Source: Antedon mediterranea
Lineage: Eukaryota > Animalia > Echinodermata
DNA: 64,000 nt
Reading direction: 5' to 3'
Assembly (NCBI RefSeq): GCF_964355755.1
Contig: NC_092674.1
Coordinates: 3,844,001 to 3,908,000, forward strand
In this document: positions 24,401 to 38,814 of the stretch, piece after piece
Position numbering within the stretch: the first letter of the stretch is position 1
Layout: every line of letters starts with the position of its first letter
The notes under the pieces: generated by a model
Databases searched by the model: none
What the model was told of the DNA's origin: nothing
What the model saw: only the letters and a program-made list of their open reading frames with translations
Position numbers and translations under genes: made by a program

Positions 24401-25508
24401 CTATACCACGCGCGCGTCATTTGATTGACTGATCCATGTGTGGTTTAGTATTTGATTGATAGTCAGTCGTTTCCTAGGATCCTTTCGCAGAATAGATTTG
24501 ATTAAGTCTGTAGCTTCTCTTGAAATATGGCTTAATTTAGGGAATGGAACACGGTCTAAATCCATCGTTGCGATAATTCTGTTGATGTTGGAGTCATCGT
24601 ATGGCATCGATCCAATAATCTGAAATAAAAGTCGTGTGATGATAAAAGAAAAACGGTGCGCGTGACGTAAGAATTGCTCATTAATGTGATATTTTTTGAC
24701 AATATATATGGTTTTAGAAAGGTGATTTTCTTTCTATTATGCCGACTCAAATCTGCTTATGAAACCAATGCCCTTCTTTGCATCATGAAGAGGAGAGGAA
24801 TGGTTTTTATTAGTAGGCCTATACTTCATAAAAATAATAGTATAATAATATTACCATAACGAAAAGCACTACCCCTATACTCCAGATGTCGGCGTCGTGA
24901 GGGTCATACGCAATCCCCTTCAGTATCTCAGGTGACGCGTAAGCCGAGCTGCCACAAAACGTCATACAAAGTCGATCAGCGTCACTCCATTGACGCGCAA
25001 ACCCAAAGTCACTTATTTTCACCGTCAGGTTATCGTGCAATAGAATGTTCTCGCATTTAAGATCTCGGTGGAAATACCCGCGTGAGTGTAAATAGTTTAC
25101 AGCCGTAAGAATCTGGCGAAACATGATTGTTGCGTGGCCTTCTTTAATGTACCTATGCTTCTGAATGTGTTTAAGAAGATCACCCCTGTAAGCCAGCTCC
25201 ATCAGAATACAGATTTTATTTCTGACATAAATGATATCGAGTACTTTTGTAATATTTGGGTGACTGATTTCCTGGAGAATATCCATCTCGCGCGGAAGAA
25301 ACTTACTGAAGTAATCGTCTTCAATTCTTTGTCGGGTGATTATTTTCATGGCTGCTGGTGTGCGTAAATTACTTAGAAAAACTTGTTTAACTTTTGAATA
25401 CGTGCCTTCGCCGATGGTATTGCCAATTATGACGCCTTTTGATTTAAGATCAGTTACGTAAGACTGTTCACAATCGGTAGGCCTAGTAGGCCTTGTAATT
25501 ATAGGCAT
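24401..25508 (-). CDS. TSSK: Testis-specific serine/threonine kinase (TSSK family), 2 exons, ~290 aa
   Basis: Exons 25508-24855 and 24619-24401 with a phase-0 GT-AG intron. Motifs: IGEGTYSKVK, AMKII, KFLPREMDIL, HRDLKCENILL, DFGFAR, TFCGSSAYASPEILKGIAYDP, DIWSIGVVLFVM|IIGSMPYDDSN. The specific TSSK paralog is not determined. Confidence 0.92.
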
Positions 25509-26362
25509 CCTATGTTCTTGTAGGCCTATTCAAAGGTATAGGCATAACACCATCAGCATTCAAATGTTCTTTGTTCGATGTGTTTATGTTTTCGTTGCCT
25601 CAGTAGGGCCTAATAGTAAATTGTTACCCACGACGTTATATGAATATTGCAGTGGTCTGAAAAAGATATCTTATTAAGAACCACCACCAATAATAATAAT
25701 AAAGTTGTTGCGCAGCAACCGGAATACGCTAAATACGCGCTAAATTACAGAAAGACGCGCCTATTTTGTTCTTCCAGCACGGAGAGTACTCATACTTTTT
25801 AAAGTTTGAACCCGGAAAGCGGGTTGTAGTATTATTTGGTAGTGTAGTTTGAAATCTGTGTGTAATATAATTTAAAAACGAAACAAGTAACATAAATCTA
25901 TACGAACACATTTTTTATTCTAAATAGTACAGTATATAGAGTATTTGTCTTTCACGTATAATTTATTCTGCCCTTGTGATGTAATTGGGATAGGTTTTTT
26001 TTTATTTCGCATGTTGACCGATTATATGACACTAAAATTAAATTCTTCTTGAATTCCTAAAACCACCCTCCCATTCTAGATGTAAAAATAACTACCTAAA
26101 AACAAGCGCTTCTTACGTTACTATCAATTCCTAAAGGATGCACTATAGGCCTATTGTTATTATTGTAAAGCCATGAAAATGTTATAAGTGATAACAATCC
26201 ATTCGGGAGGAAGAAGTACATCCGTTGTTACGTCGTACGATATCATTTGCTGTCATACTTGTAATAGCCTCAAATCTATTATAAACTCTCTGCCTTGCTT
26301 CACATCTTTTCTATTCCAACCTCCAATGCTCAAACATTGATTTAGATCCCCCCACTTCTTAC

Positions 26363-29300
26363 CTAATTTATTATCGTTTCTTTTTTTTTCTGACTTTTCA
26401 AAGCATCTGGACTACAGCTTCTCTTATTAGTTGTTAGTGGTTTTAGTTTAGAAGCTACATGATGTAGACCTATAATATATGTAAGGTCTTCAATAAATTC
26501 TTTCGCACCATCAGCAAATACATTCTTTGTTTTTTCAAGATGCATGATTCGAGACCATTGGTCTGTATACTCATTATGTGGTACGACATACAGGTATCCC
26601 ACCTCTTTTGCCTCCTCTGGTGAAAGTACTTTCCCCATTTCTATTAGTGTTTGTCGATAGGCCGAGAATGATGTAACTTTGCCATCCTTGTTTGCATCAC
26701 TGAGTGATTTCACCTCCTCTGATCATGTCGATTATAACTTTGTAGTCTGTACGCTTCAGTTTGCCAGAAGCCATTAAGTCATCAAACAAGATCTTCATGT
26801 TTTGGTGTTTTGTTGCGTCATCTATCTCGTTAGTTTTTCTCCTTTTTGGTACCATCTTTATGTCTATAGTATCATTGTCCTAAACTCCTTGGAGGTTAAC
26901 TCTAAAGAAAGAAGTTACTTATAATCTTTAAAATAGGCCTTTGAGGTCTTGTAAGCTATATATCTAAAAAAAACAGCAAAAAAAACCCCCCCAAAATAAG
27001 GTTAATAAACACATAAAAATGCATATATTACAAACATTCTTAACCTTTAAAACGATGATTATGATAAACGAAATCAATAGATACCTTTAGGTACTGATGG
27101 CACATCTGTTTCTGCATCCTTACCTGCTTAACAAACAAAAACTACAGTTTAAAAATAACAATAGGTGTCCGGGTTCGACATCAGGTAGTGGAACTTTAAC
27201 CAGGCAAGAGTGAATCACACTTCCCTGCTTTAACGAACTTACTAATAAATAGATTAAGATTTAATCATACAGTATTTACCTTGTTTCGTTGATGACGTCG
27301 ATTGTACATTGTCTTTAACCTCTTTAAATGTTGCCAGTTTATCTGTAATAAAGAATAAAGATAAAATACTTACATAAAGTGGTATCACGTACAAAAACAT
27401 CAATACAGCATTTTAAGTAAATATAAATATAATTACGTACAGACAGATCATGTGAGACGCTGAGGACGATATGTATTAGTAAAGAATGTTGTTTTACATA
27501 TCAAGTATTTTCTCTTTTTCTGCGGGGTTGAGTTTTCCTACAAACCGTTTTATTTTCTCTTCTGTTTTGTCTAAAAGTAACTCTTTCTCCAGGTGGAATA
27601 CTAGATCCCAGATATTTCCAAAGCCGTATTGATCTAGTTTGTAGAAAGCTTGTAAGTTACGCATATCTTCATCTGTCACCTCTCTCAGCGCTGCAAACAA
27701 GACCTTTCGATAAGGTGACAATCCTTTTCCCCTTTTGACACTAGCCGAGTCAAACTGTTTCATTACCCCAAAAAAATTGCAAGAAAATGTTTTTTGATGA
27801 ATTACAATAAAAAATGGTCTAAAAAAACATATATCAAAAGTTTACCAAAATCGGACTGCCGCAAAGGTTCAAAATTTGACGTTAAAAAAGATGGCCGCCA
27901 ATTTTTGAAAATCGGTAACCGCTTGTAGTAGACAGCTGTATTTGGTGTCAAATTGTTCAAAATATATATGCTTATATTTACACTTTTTGAACATTTTGTT
28001 GAAACATGACCGGAAATTCCATTTTGTGACCTTTCCATATATGACATAAAAAAATGTTCATATCTACGTAACTAAAAATCATAGAACCTTGATATTGGTG
28101 TAAAAATGTTCAGAACATACATATTTATATTTACTGTTTTTGAAAATTTTGTTCAAAAATAATCGAAAACACAAGGTTTCCCTTTAAGATGCCTGTAATA
28201 TATATACATACAGGATCTGGAAGAATTTCATGTGAAAATGGATTAAAGGAAAGGCAAATGGCAGTGAAAACAATCAAATGCAAACAATGGCAAAGGAACT
28301 TGATTGTGTAACTATACAGTTTGAAAATAATGTAAAAATAATAGATGCAAGAGAAAAAATATCACGATACACACCAAGAAATGTCAACAAAAGGAAGAAT
28401 TAAAACCATCTACTGTATAGCACATTGGCCTCTGATATGATATCAATGAGTTAAAAGCTGAACAGTTACAGATTAAATTAAGTAATTGGAAGCAATAACA
28501 AGGGAGAAGTGAAAGGAAGGAGGTTAAAGGGGGAGAAAGTTGTAAGAGCTGTGGTGCAATAATGAAAACAAAATATAATGGAATTCTTCTTGAACATGCC
28601 TCAAATATTGAGCAAGCAAACTTGAAGAAGTGAAAAAACAGAGTGATGAAGACGTAATATGAACATGGACATTACAATGATAAAAATAGTTAAATAATGG
28701 ATTTATTAAACAACAAAGTATATTGTTGGAGCTAGAAATGCTATAGACTACAGGTGTTTAACAACTTGGAAGCTTGGAGGCAGAGCCGTTATCAAAAATA
28801 CACATGGATTAGTTGTCATCCTCGCAAGAACTGCTTGACAAATCCAATCATACATTACATCTAGATGGAACGTCTAAAAAAGAGAAAACTATGGCACAGT
28901 TGGAATTGTCACGATTCGAACATCTACCAAAAGTTATGGGAAACTGGGAACAATGATGGCAAATCAACAGATGAATTAATTATCAAATTTGAAAGTAATC
29001 ATTCACCACAACCATTATACAGGCTCTGCTGAAGAATCTACACCGCATCCACTTTCTCTGCAAATAATTTCCGACGAAAGACAAAAACTGTGATCAAAAT
29101 CCAAATACTGTACACAAACCAAAGATGACACAATTAAACTTCTCGTTACAAAATATGGCAACAAGAATCATAAAAAAATCTGAACTCTCCATCGAAATGT
29201 AAATGTGCATCAAATATTCCCATTCCAAGATTTTTTTTTGGAAAGTGTGTGGAGCATTTATACGAGGACGAAATTACAAAGGAGCAGAAGAGTGGTATGT

Positions 29301-30445
29301 CGGAACAAACAATTAAACTGAACGTCCACAAACCTGACAGTTATTACAAATAAAGATTCCTCTGTAATCAAGTTAGGAATAATTTAGGTATTTTATATTT
29401 AACAATTTTTACAAAACACTACGTTTGAATCTTCAACACGCTGTGTGTCTAAGTGCGTAAAAGCTGATTACAGGCTCTGCATGAAAATATCATTCGCGTA
29501 AAACATGCCTCATGTACATGTATGTGAAAATATTTCATGCCATAAGTATCAAAGGTCACGTCAAAACCTTATGTTTTCGGTTATTTTTGAAAAAAAATGT
29601 TCAAAAACAGTAAATATAAAAATATGTTCCGAACATTTTGACACCAATATCAAGATTCTATGATTTTTAGTTACGTAGATATGAACATTTTTTTTATGCC
29701 ATATATGGGTCAAAGGTCACAAAATGGAATTTCCGATCATGTTTCAACAAAATGTTTAAAAAGGGTAAATATAAATATGTATGTTCTGAACATTTTGACA
29801 CCAATATCAAGACTCTGTGATTTGCAGTTACCTAGATATATAAACGTCATGCCGTATATGTCAAAGGTCACAAAATGGAATTTCCGGTCATGTTTCAACA
29901 AAATGTTCAAAAAGTGTAAATATAAACATTTATATTTTGAACAATTTGACACCAAATACAACTGTCTACTACAAGCGGTTACCGATTTTCAAAAATTGGC
30001 GGCCATCTTTTTTAACGTAAAATTTTGAACCTTTGCGGTAGTCCGATTTTGGTAAACTTTTGATATATTTTTTTTTAGACCATTTTTTATTGTAATTCAT
30101 CAAAAAACATTTTCTTGCAATTTTTTGGGGGTTAGGGCCTATATTTTCATATTTTGACCCGACTACACCACCTTTCGTGTATGCGTCCACGATATTTTGT
30201 GCAGGTTTTAACTGTGTCACTTCGGCAATTTCTGATAGAAGGTTCACTTCAGTTGGACTTATGTCTCCTCTATCTTGAAGTGCATTGAATAAATCAAATG
30301 CATTGATTGCATTGAGCTAACAATGAATTACTCAGACAGTCATGAAGAAGAAATTTTAACGATTTAATTCTATCACCGCTATATTCTTCATTCAGTTTAC
30401 TAAGAAAGTCTCTAAAACACATTTCGCTATCTTGTCTCCTTTTAG
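26363..30445 (-). pseudogene. Quadruple-DED gene copy A (disabled)
   Basis: Exon 1 (FRDFLSKLNEEYSGDRIKSLKFLLHD...NLLSEIAEVT / GLSPYRKVLF...IWDLVFHLEK) is frameshifted near 30295 and split by a 2.4-kb TE. Micro-exons lie at ~27345-27281 and ~27126-27085. The last exon 26901-26363 has deletions, including loss of VTDTRGVV. Confidence 0.8.
27766..30166. mobile_element. DNA transposon with ~400-bp TIRs and decayed internal coding sequence, inserted in DED copy A
   Basis: 27767-28180 is the near-perfect reverse complement of 29567-30133 (the right arm has an internal duplication). The right terminus reads tagtcgggtcaaaat on the minus strand and the left terminus is truncated. Stop-riddled coding-like interior (e.g. 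TLHLDGTSKK at ~28850). Confidence 0.8.
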
Positions 30446-30679
30446 TACATAAATATAACTTATCCAACAATCTGTTTTTCTTCAAACGTATACAAATATA
30501 ATATATAAATCACTGGAGATATGGTCTAAATATAGCTGTATATTTACAAAGAAAACAACACATTATGTGGAATGATTACGGTAACTTATTGTGGAATGTT
30601 GATGAGTTAACTTATATGAACCGAGGTCTACATCGTGTAATATATACAACGAGCATGTTATTCTTTCAAATTAGCTTCT

Positions 30680-32064
30680 TTACTGTAAATTCTTTTTCAC
30701 CATTAGCAAATACATCCTTTGTTTTTTCAAGATGCATGATTAAAGACCATTGGTCTGTATACGCTTTCTTTGATATATTATACAAACCTCCCAACAAGTT
30801 TGCCTCATCTCTTGAAAGTGCTTTCCCGAGTTCCATAAGTTTTTGTCGATAATCCGGGAATGACGTGTTTCGTCGTCCTTGTTAGCATCACTGAGTGATT
30901 TAACATCGTCTACTACCCCACGAGTTTCTGTCATTTTGACCATGTCGATTAGTATTTTGTAGTCTGTACGTTTAAGCTCACCAGTTTTTGTTAATGCATC
31001 AAACAAGCTTAGTACATCATTGTATTCTCTGGTTCTATCTTATCCTTGAACAGCAGTTTGAGCATGGTTATTTTATCTCTGCCTTGGTACCATTTTGATG
31101 TCTTTGATAACATGTCATTAAACTACTTGTCTAAAGAAAGTGAATTAAAAAATTGATGTAATAAGTATTCTAGGTTATTATGATACCTTTAGGTGGTGAT
31201 TGCCCATCTGGTCTTCTTGTAATTCTATGCATATCTGCTAAAACAAAAATACAATATTGTTTTCATACTAAACGTTTGCAATTCAAATGTCAACAGCAAC
31301 CATTCAAACAAGGCAGCCATCGGGCAAGCAATCAATCAATGAATTATTCTTAATGATGTTTACCTTTTCTGTTGATGACGTCGATTGTGAATGTGTTCTA
31401 GTCTCTGCAAGTGATGACAGATTTGCTGTAATATTAAAACAAGTAAAGATTAAACTTGCAGAATATATGTTCATATTGCAAATGACAGACCAATTGAGAC
31501 GTTGTTTGAGAACAGATAATAAGTATTAGGTACTGTTGTTTTATACATACATATTCTTTCTTTGGCTGATGAGTTGATATTAGATGGAAACCTTTTTCTT
31601 TTCACTTCTGTATCGTCTAATCGTTCCTGTTTCTCAAGGTACAATACCAGATCCCAGATATTGTCGAAATCTTTGTGACCCAGTTTGTAGAAATCACGTA
31701 ACCTGGGCAAATCATCAATTGTCACTGCCATCAGAGCTTTATGAAATGCTTTCCGGTAAGGTGAAAGTCCCTTTCCCTTTTTAGCATTGTTTATGTACTT
31801 GGGTATGACATCTTTAGCTGACTTCAAATTTGTCACTTCGGCAATTTCTGACAGTAGGTTGATTTCGGTGTATTTTATGTCGCCAGACTCATGGAGTTTA
31901 TTGAACAAATCAAATCCAGTGATATCTTTACGGTCTAAGAGTGAGAGGTGTAGGTAATCAAACAGAAGAAATCCTAACAATCGAAATTTATCACCGTCAT
32001 ATTTGGCACTAAGATCTCTAAGAAATTCTTGAAAGCGATCTTCGTTTTCCTGTTCATTTTCCAT
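30680..32064 (-). pseudogene. Quadruple-DED gene copy B (exon 1 open; downstream exons frameshifted and 3' truncated)
   Basis: Exon 1 32064-31551 is open and close to copy D. Exon 2 31425-31364 is 62 nt versus 63 in D. The last exon from ~31130 has two 1-nt deletions and loses similarity at ~30685. Confidence 0.75.
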
Positions 32065-32895
32065 TTCTGTTAGAATAATGGAAAGTGATGGTAAACCTTA
32101 TTAATTGATTTAAAAAAAACTAGGCATACGAGTCATTGATGAGAGTTTGCGGAGTGCAGGGTGCGATCCCCGTGTGACGTGGATCTAACTTTCAGCATCC
32201 TCCCCAGATATGTTTATCAATCCACTGATGGTGCTTAGTTAAACATATTATATGAACAGACAAAAGGCTATTTTAACTCGACAGTTCGGTGGAATCATTC
32301 ATGAAAGGCTTGGTTTTCAACAACAGGTTTAGTAATCAACAAATTATTCATACAGTATGTCAGACAATTTGTTTTTATTTCGAAATTACAAAATATATTC
32401 AATTTCGAAAGTAAAGTATTGAAATATTTAAAGTGCTCAGAAAATAGCACACATATAAGACAGACAAAGAAACTATTATGGCTTCACTGACATTGCATGC
32501 GGGTAATACATTAATAGGTCAATACTGTGTTTGTGTGTTTTTATTTTTGAATTAACTGATGATGGAATCATTGAGAAAAACTATATTTTAACCTAAAAAA
32601 CAATGAGCATGTACAGTAACTACATAATTATAATGGAATTTCATTATAAAGACTTTTTATGTACTTAATATAAGTTATGTATATTTTGAAATGTGTGTGT
32701 ACATTTTCGTTTTATATTATACCATCTCCACATGCGAAATGTCTTAATCTGAGTACAAGTGTGACTACACTATGCAGAAAGATTGTCATATATTATGACA
32801 ACATTCTATAGGCTAAAATCGTATAGGTCTATTATGAAATACAACAAATTGGCTTTCATAGTAATTTTGTTTCCCTTTGTCAATCGTCATTCTTC

Positions 32896-33790
32896 TTATC
32901 GTTTCCTCTTTTTCGTTTTTCTTGGGACTTTTGTATCAATGCTTCTCTTATTTGTTGGTGTCTTTTTAAGTTGTGACGCTACATGGTGTAGATTTATATT
33001 TTCAAGGTCTTGAATAAATGCTTTCATATTCGCAGAACTGAATTTATCTTTTTTTTCCCCAAGAAAAATGATTAGAAACCATTGGTCTATACACTCATCA
33101 TTTGGTACTTCATACAGATATTCCACCTTATTTGCCACATTTTATGAAAGTACTTTCCCCATTTCTATTAGTGTTTGTCGATAATCTGAAAATGATGTGA
33201 TTTTGCCATCCTTGTTTTCATCACTGAGTAGTTTCACATCCTCTACAACTCCACGAGTATCGGTAACTTTGACCATGTCGATTAGATATGTGTAGTTCTT
33301 ATGATGTATTTTTCGAGACTCCTTTAAAGCATCTTGTTGGGTCTTTATGTCATCCGTCAACAGCAGTGTTTGAGCATAGTTAGTTTGTTTCTGGCTTGGT
33401 ACCACTCTGATGTCTGAATTAACAGGATTTTAAAATTCTTGCGGTTTAACTCTAAAAGGAGACGGAACAAAATTACTAAATGTAGGCAGCGCATCTGAAT
33501 TAGCAGGTAACATAAACTTTATTTACTACAAATTGTGAAATTGCTTCTAAATGTTATTATGGTAGGAAACAAAATAATGGAATACCTTTAGGTGCTGGTT
33601 GCGCATATACCAGAAAAAATACAATATTCTGATTTTAACCGATATTTAATTTTAAAAAACACAGAAAATAGTTATTCTTTATACTTTTAGGACAAAATAA
33701 GAATAAGCCAAATAGAGTTATAGAGTAAATCTTTGGCTTGATTATTTAGTCACAATTTACCTTGTTCTACTGACGACGTCAATTGTAAAT
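32896..33790 (-). pseudogene. Quadruple-DED gene copy C (5'-truncated duplicate of copy E)
   Basis: Only part of exon 2, exon 3 and a frameshifted last exon remain (LIDMVKVTDTRGVVEDVKLLSDENKDGKITSFSDYRQTL...KVPRKTKKRKR*). The 5' part is replaced by the duplicated TSSK block at ~33790. Confidence 0.8.
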
Positions 33791-35640
33791 TTAAAAATAT
33801 CAAACCCAATATTTTTTAATTTCCGCAATCAAGACTTTCATTTCTTTTTGCAAAATAAAATATTTACTATCAAATGCATTTTTGAATTAATTTGTTCAAT
33901 ATTTTGATGTTGGTGTTACTGTGGTCAAATACACGCCCATATTACATGCGTGGTCAAAATGTTATGAGACATCGGCTGCCAGTCTAGAGAAGTACAGTAT
34001 AGGCCTATGACTAAAATAATGATAGGAATTTGCTAATTTGTTTCATTTTATTTCGGAAATCGGTAGCGCCCTGCTGATCCTATAAATATCGAGTACGCGT
34101 AATTGAGGTGCTATACCACGCGCGCGTCATTTGATTGACTGATCCATGTGTGGTTTAGTATTTGATTGATAGTCAGTCGTTTTGTAGGATCCTTTCGTAG
34201 AATAGATTTGATTAATGAAACACGGTCTAAATCCATCGTTGCGATAATTCTGTTGATGTTGGAGTCATCGTATGGCATCGATCCAATAATCTGAAATATA
34301 AGTCGTGTGATAAAAGAAAATCGGTGCGTGTGACGTAAGAATTGCTCAATAATGTGATATTTTTTTACGATATATTTTTTTTAGAAAGGTGATTTTCTTT
34401 CCATTATGCTGATTCAAATCTGCTTATGAAACCAATGCCCTCTGATCTTTCGAGGGTGCATCATGAAGAGGAGACGAATGGTTTTTATTAGTAGTCCTAC
34501 TTCATAAAAACTAAACAATTACAATTATTATCTTAAAGAGGGCTACTTACCATAACGAAAAGCACTACCCCTATACTCCACCAGATGTCGGCGTCGTGAG
34601 GGTCATACGCAATCCCCTTCAGTATCTCAGGTGACGCGTAAGCCGAACTGCCACAAAACGTCATACAAAGTCGATCAGCGTCACTCCATTGACGCGCAAA
34701 CCCAAAGTCACTTATTTTTACCGTTAGGTTATCATATTCTCGCATTTAAGATCTCGGTAGAAATTTAAGATCAGTTACGTAAGACGTAAGGTAGGCCTAG
34801 CTAAGTAGGCCTTGTAGTTATAGGCATCCTATATGTTCATGTGGCCTATTCAAAGGTCTAGGCATAACATCATCAGCATTCAAATGTTCTTCATTCGATG
34901 TGTTTATGTTTTCGTTGCCTCAGTAGGGCCTAATAGTAAATTATTACCCACGACGTTATATACAAATTGCAATGGTCTAAAAAATCTTAAGAACCACCTA
35001 TAATAACAATAATTGTTGCGCAGCAACCGGATTACAAGTTGCGCGCTACATTACAGTAAAAATACGCGCCCATTTTGTTCAATTCCAAGACACGTGGCGT
35101 ATTAGGTGGTCTAGTACTTTCTAACGTTTTAAAACTTAAAGAGGGAAAAAAGCGGTGTTTATGTTTTATTTGGTAGTAGTGTAGTTTGAGATCTACGTGT
35201 AATTTAAAAACGAAACAAGTAAAAGACATCTATACAAATTATAGGTAATAATGAAATTTACACATTTTATTCTGAATATTACAGAATTATTATGATTATT
35301 ATTATGACTTTACACATTATACCTTTTGTCTGCCTTGGATAGGATTTTTATTCTATTAACTTCCTGCAATGATTAAACTTATGAAAGAATTAAATAACCT
35401 ACTGATTTAGTGTCGATTAGATGACACTGATATAATACATTATTCTTAATTTCTCAAAATTTACCCCTGATGGATGGAAACATAACTAACTATAGCTAAA
35501 AACAACAAAGCAATGTACAAGCACTTCTTACGTTACAATTAATTCCTAAAGGATGCACTACTTTTATTATGTAAAACAATGAAAATGTTAATAATGATGA
35601 TAAAGATAATAAGAAGTGTATACCGTTGTCATGTAAAGAT
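33787..35640 (+). repeat. Segmental duplicate of 19505-19690 + 24237-26260
   Basis: Colinear similarity from aaatttaaaaatatcaaac through the TSSK gene and its upstream region to ttcctaaaggatgcacta. Confidence 0.85.
34111..34827 (-). pseudogene. TSSK pseudogene (duplicate of 24401-25508)
   Basis: Near-identical exon and intron sequence, but with a ~370-bp deletion of the kinase N-lobe, a deletion just after HRDLKCE, a WW duplication and a deletion in exon 2 (~34215). Confidence 0.92.
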
Positions 35641-38600
35641 ATTTGCAGTTAATAAATCAAACCACATAATATTCTCACGAGCTAACAATGAAATAATAAT
35701 AATAAGATTTTTATAGCGCACATACCACTTCAGAGTGCTCAAGGCGCTTGGAGAGTTCGGAAGAAGAAAGAAATATTAACCGTTTAACTGGTAAAACCAG
35801 GCTTAAAGCTCTCTTGGGCTTATTTATGTTAGAAGTTAATATCAGTACCACGCCTATTTATAATATATATATATCAAAACCACATTTACGTTGTGCATAG
35901 GCCTACCCTACAAAAAATCAACTGCGACTCTTCCTGTATACAATCGGTAATAATTGCATCGCGTATACTAATTCGCAATAATTGCTCTAATGATATATAC
36001 AAGAGAAAACAATTCTGTGTACATGTACAAGTTACTACATGGTTAAATAATTATTAGTTCTATATTATTACGGGCTAACATCATAATATATAGATTGCAT
36101 CAAGAAGTTTGTTTCTGTTCCAACACCGTTAAAGTTTACCAAGGCTAGATTTTGGTCTAAAATTACTATAGTACGTTGTGTAATTATGCTGGATGGATGC
36201 TTAATACATTAAATATACGTACATCAGTTCTCTAATGATAGTGTTCTTATTACCAAAAAAAAAAAACATTACCAAGGCTATAGATTGAATTTAATGCATG
36301 TACAATGTGGTCTCATATTATTTGTTACATTGTGTTATTATGCTGGATCGATCCTTAATACATTAAATAATCAATTCTCTGTTGATTATCATGTAAAAAA
36401 ATATATATTGCCTTATTATTATTTTTATTATTATTACAATATTGTAACTATGGTTATATACTTGACTCAATAATATTACTTTTTTCCTTTGTTACTAATG
36501 CCAATACTATTATTGTTAAAAATTGATTTTATAAGAAAAAAGAAAGGAAATAAATTTTAATTGAATGAATGTTTAGTACACAACTTACAATGCACATACA
36601 ATGTCAACGTGAATCATAATTATAATAAAATGCGCATAATACATAGCATCTCACCATTCCGGTACCTATCAGTATAATCATGGACCATGGTATAATAATC
36701 CTAGAGATAATTAATATTATAAAACACCTAAATAAATTCCTGTCATTTGATTAGACGGTTGTGGGTCACATGGCGTGCAATAATACTTTTTTCGTGTTTG
36801 GAAATTTAGTTATTAGTTTAGAAAGATTAAAAAATTACTAGATCAATTGAGGGCAATTTAAGAATGAATATTATTTATAAAGATGAAAACGCATTGTATT
36901 GTGGGAGTTTGTTTGATGTCGTGTACAGTTAGGAGCTTAAGGTTATAAAAACCAGGATATACGTAAATTAAAATAGATTCAGAACCTTATATATATTGTC
37001 ATCATTATAATTGCCGCGACGTTCCCTCTCCAAACTGATATGGTCTATAATAATAACATAAAATAATATACGATAACTCAATTTTACAAACGGTTTAAAG
37101 ATCCACCGATTTTCAAATTTGTCATTATTATGTGAGAGAATGTTCTCCCAAAAACAATTGACCGAACCAAATGGAAGAAACCACACATCTAATAATTTAA
37201 GTTGTTGCTCGTCAGGTAGCCACCTGATTATAAATTAATAATAATAGGCCTACAATTAGCTGGAAAATTGAGAGACTCGTTTCGTTAAGAATATCGTATA
37301 TAGCCATAATAAGTGATCTTGGCCCTTTATCGGCAGCACGGGGGGTAAGGGGTCACCGCCCGTAAGCGGCCACTTTTCCAGGTCCCGAGGGTGGCCACTT
37401 ACGGGAGGTTCAACTGTATTTAAAAAAACAATTATCCTTAGTTATGCATAGAAACAGGTTCTAAGATAACATAAATAATACATTTTGACATAACTTGACC
37501 CAACAAATGACCCTTTCACAAGAGTCAAGACTTTCTTTTTGAGATTATTAGGATTCAGTATTTAAAATAAATTTGGCAAAAACTACAAATGTAAAACTAT
37601 GTAGAAAAAATGTTTTGTATTTATGAAAAACCCTTTTTTTGAAATGTTCGCATAGAAACAGTTACTATGGTAAAATGTTGACCTCAAAATGAATGAATTT
37701 ACAAGGTCAAGTTTGTCATTAATGGAATGCAGTAGAAGTAAAATTGAGAAAAATTACAAATGCAATCAATTCTTTGTATTTATAAAAACGCCATTTTTTA
37801 CGTTTTTTTAAAAATAACTTTCCTTAGTTACACATAGAAATGGTTGCTAGAGTAACACTATAGGTAAAATATGAAAATTGTTGAGAATTGTTATGAACTA
37901 TCTTGTAAATTTTGATCAAACATTAATAGTTGTAGTAAAGTGGGGACCTATCCTGTTTTGCATTCTGACCCCTTTTGACCTCAAATGACCTATTTACAAG
38001 GTCAGATTTTTTGGGAGGTCTTTCTGTATCTCTTTACACAAAATAGATTTAGAAATTTATAAAAACCATTGACGCAATTATTTCCAAGTTTAACATTATT
38101 TTCCATCAACTAAATATTTCAATGCAAAATACTGTTTTTCTGGCAATTAATTGAAATAAACCTGGCAACACATTCTCTTATTTTATCTAAACTATTCGTA
38201 TGACTCTAGTAGCATTATGACAAGCCACATATACATTTTATTATTGGATTAGCCATATTTAAATTGTGTTTCATGTGTTTTGTTTGTTGATATTTTGTTA
38301 TATTTTTTGTATTTTTCGTATTTTCCTGGCAACACAAAACCTATGTACGAAATTTACCCCAGTGTTTTTTTCGTGATTATTGTTGAAAAACCTATTGACT
38401 ATCAAATTAAAAAACCTCATTGATTTAAAAACACCACTTTGGAAGTTATAGGTACGTTTATGAGGTATACTTTTATAAAAAAATTTTTTTTATAAACACC
38501 CCTTTTTAAAATAATGGTATCAACCAAACTCCATTTTGTAATTTATTTTTTTTCTACATTAAATGGAACTCAATACATGTTGTTTACACTGCTATAAACA

Positions 38601-38814
38601 AAAACTGTATACTGTAAGTATTTTTGGTTAAAATAAACCTAATTGTCAACCTCCTGTAATATAAACTTGAAAACTATCTAAACACTAGCAAAGTTCTGAA
38701 CTTCTTTACTATGACAGTTAATTTATTTAAATGTTCCCAAAGCCATTTTAGCTTAAATCTTAAAAACGAATTTAGAAAACGACACACCTCGGTCGATGAT
38801 TCGAACCTGATTTT

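Noticed and set aside
25134-25367. Plus-strand ORF overlapping TSSK, and similar antisense ORFs over DED, gag and pol
   Set aside because: These are shadow ORFs opposite real coding sequence with no independent motifs.
29660-30028. 122-aa and neighbouring ORFs in the TE arm
   Set aside because: They lie within non-coding terminal inverted repeats and have no recognisable domain.
35650-38700. Possible additional DED gene or caspase exons between pseudo-TSSK and copy D
   Set aside because: I found only AT-rich DNA and repeat fragments (e.g. a Tigger-like end at ~37330-37398), with no DED or QACxG-type motifs.
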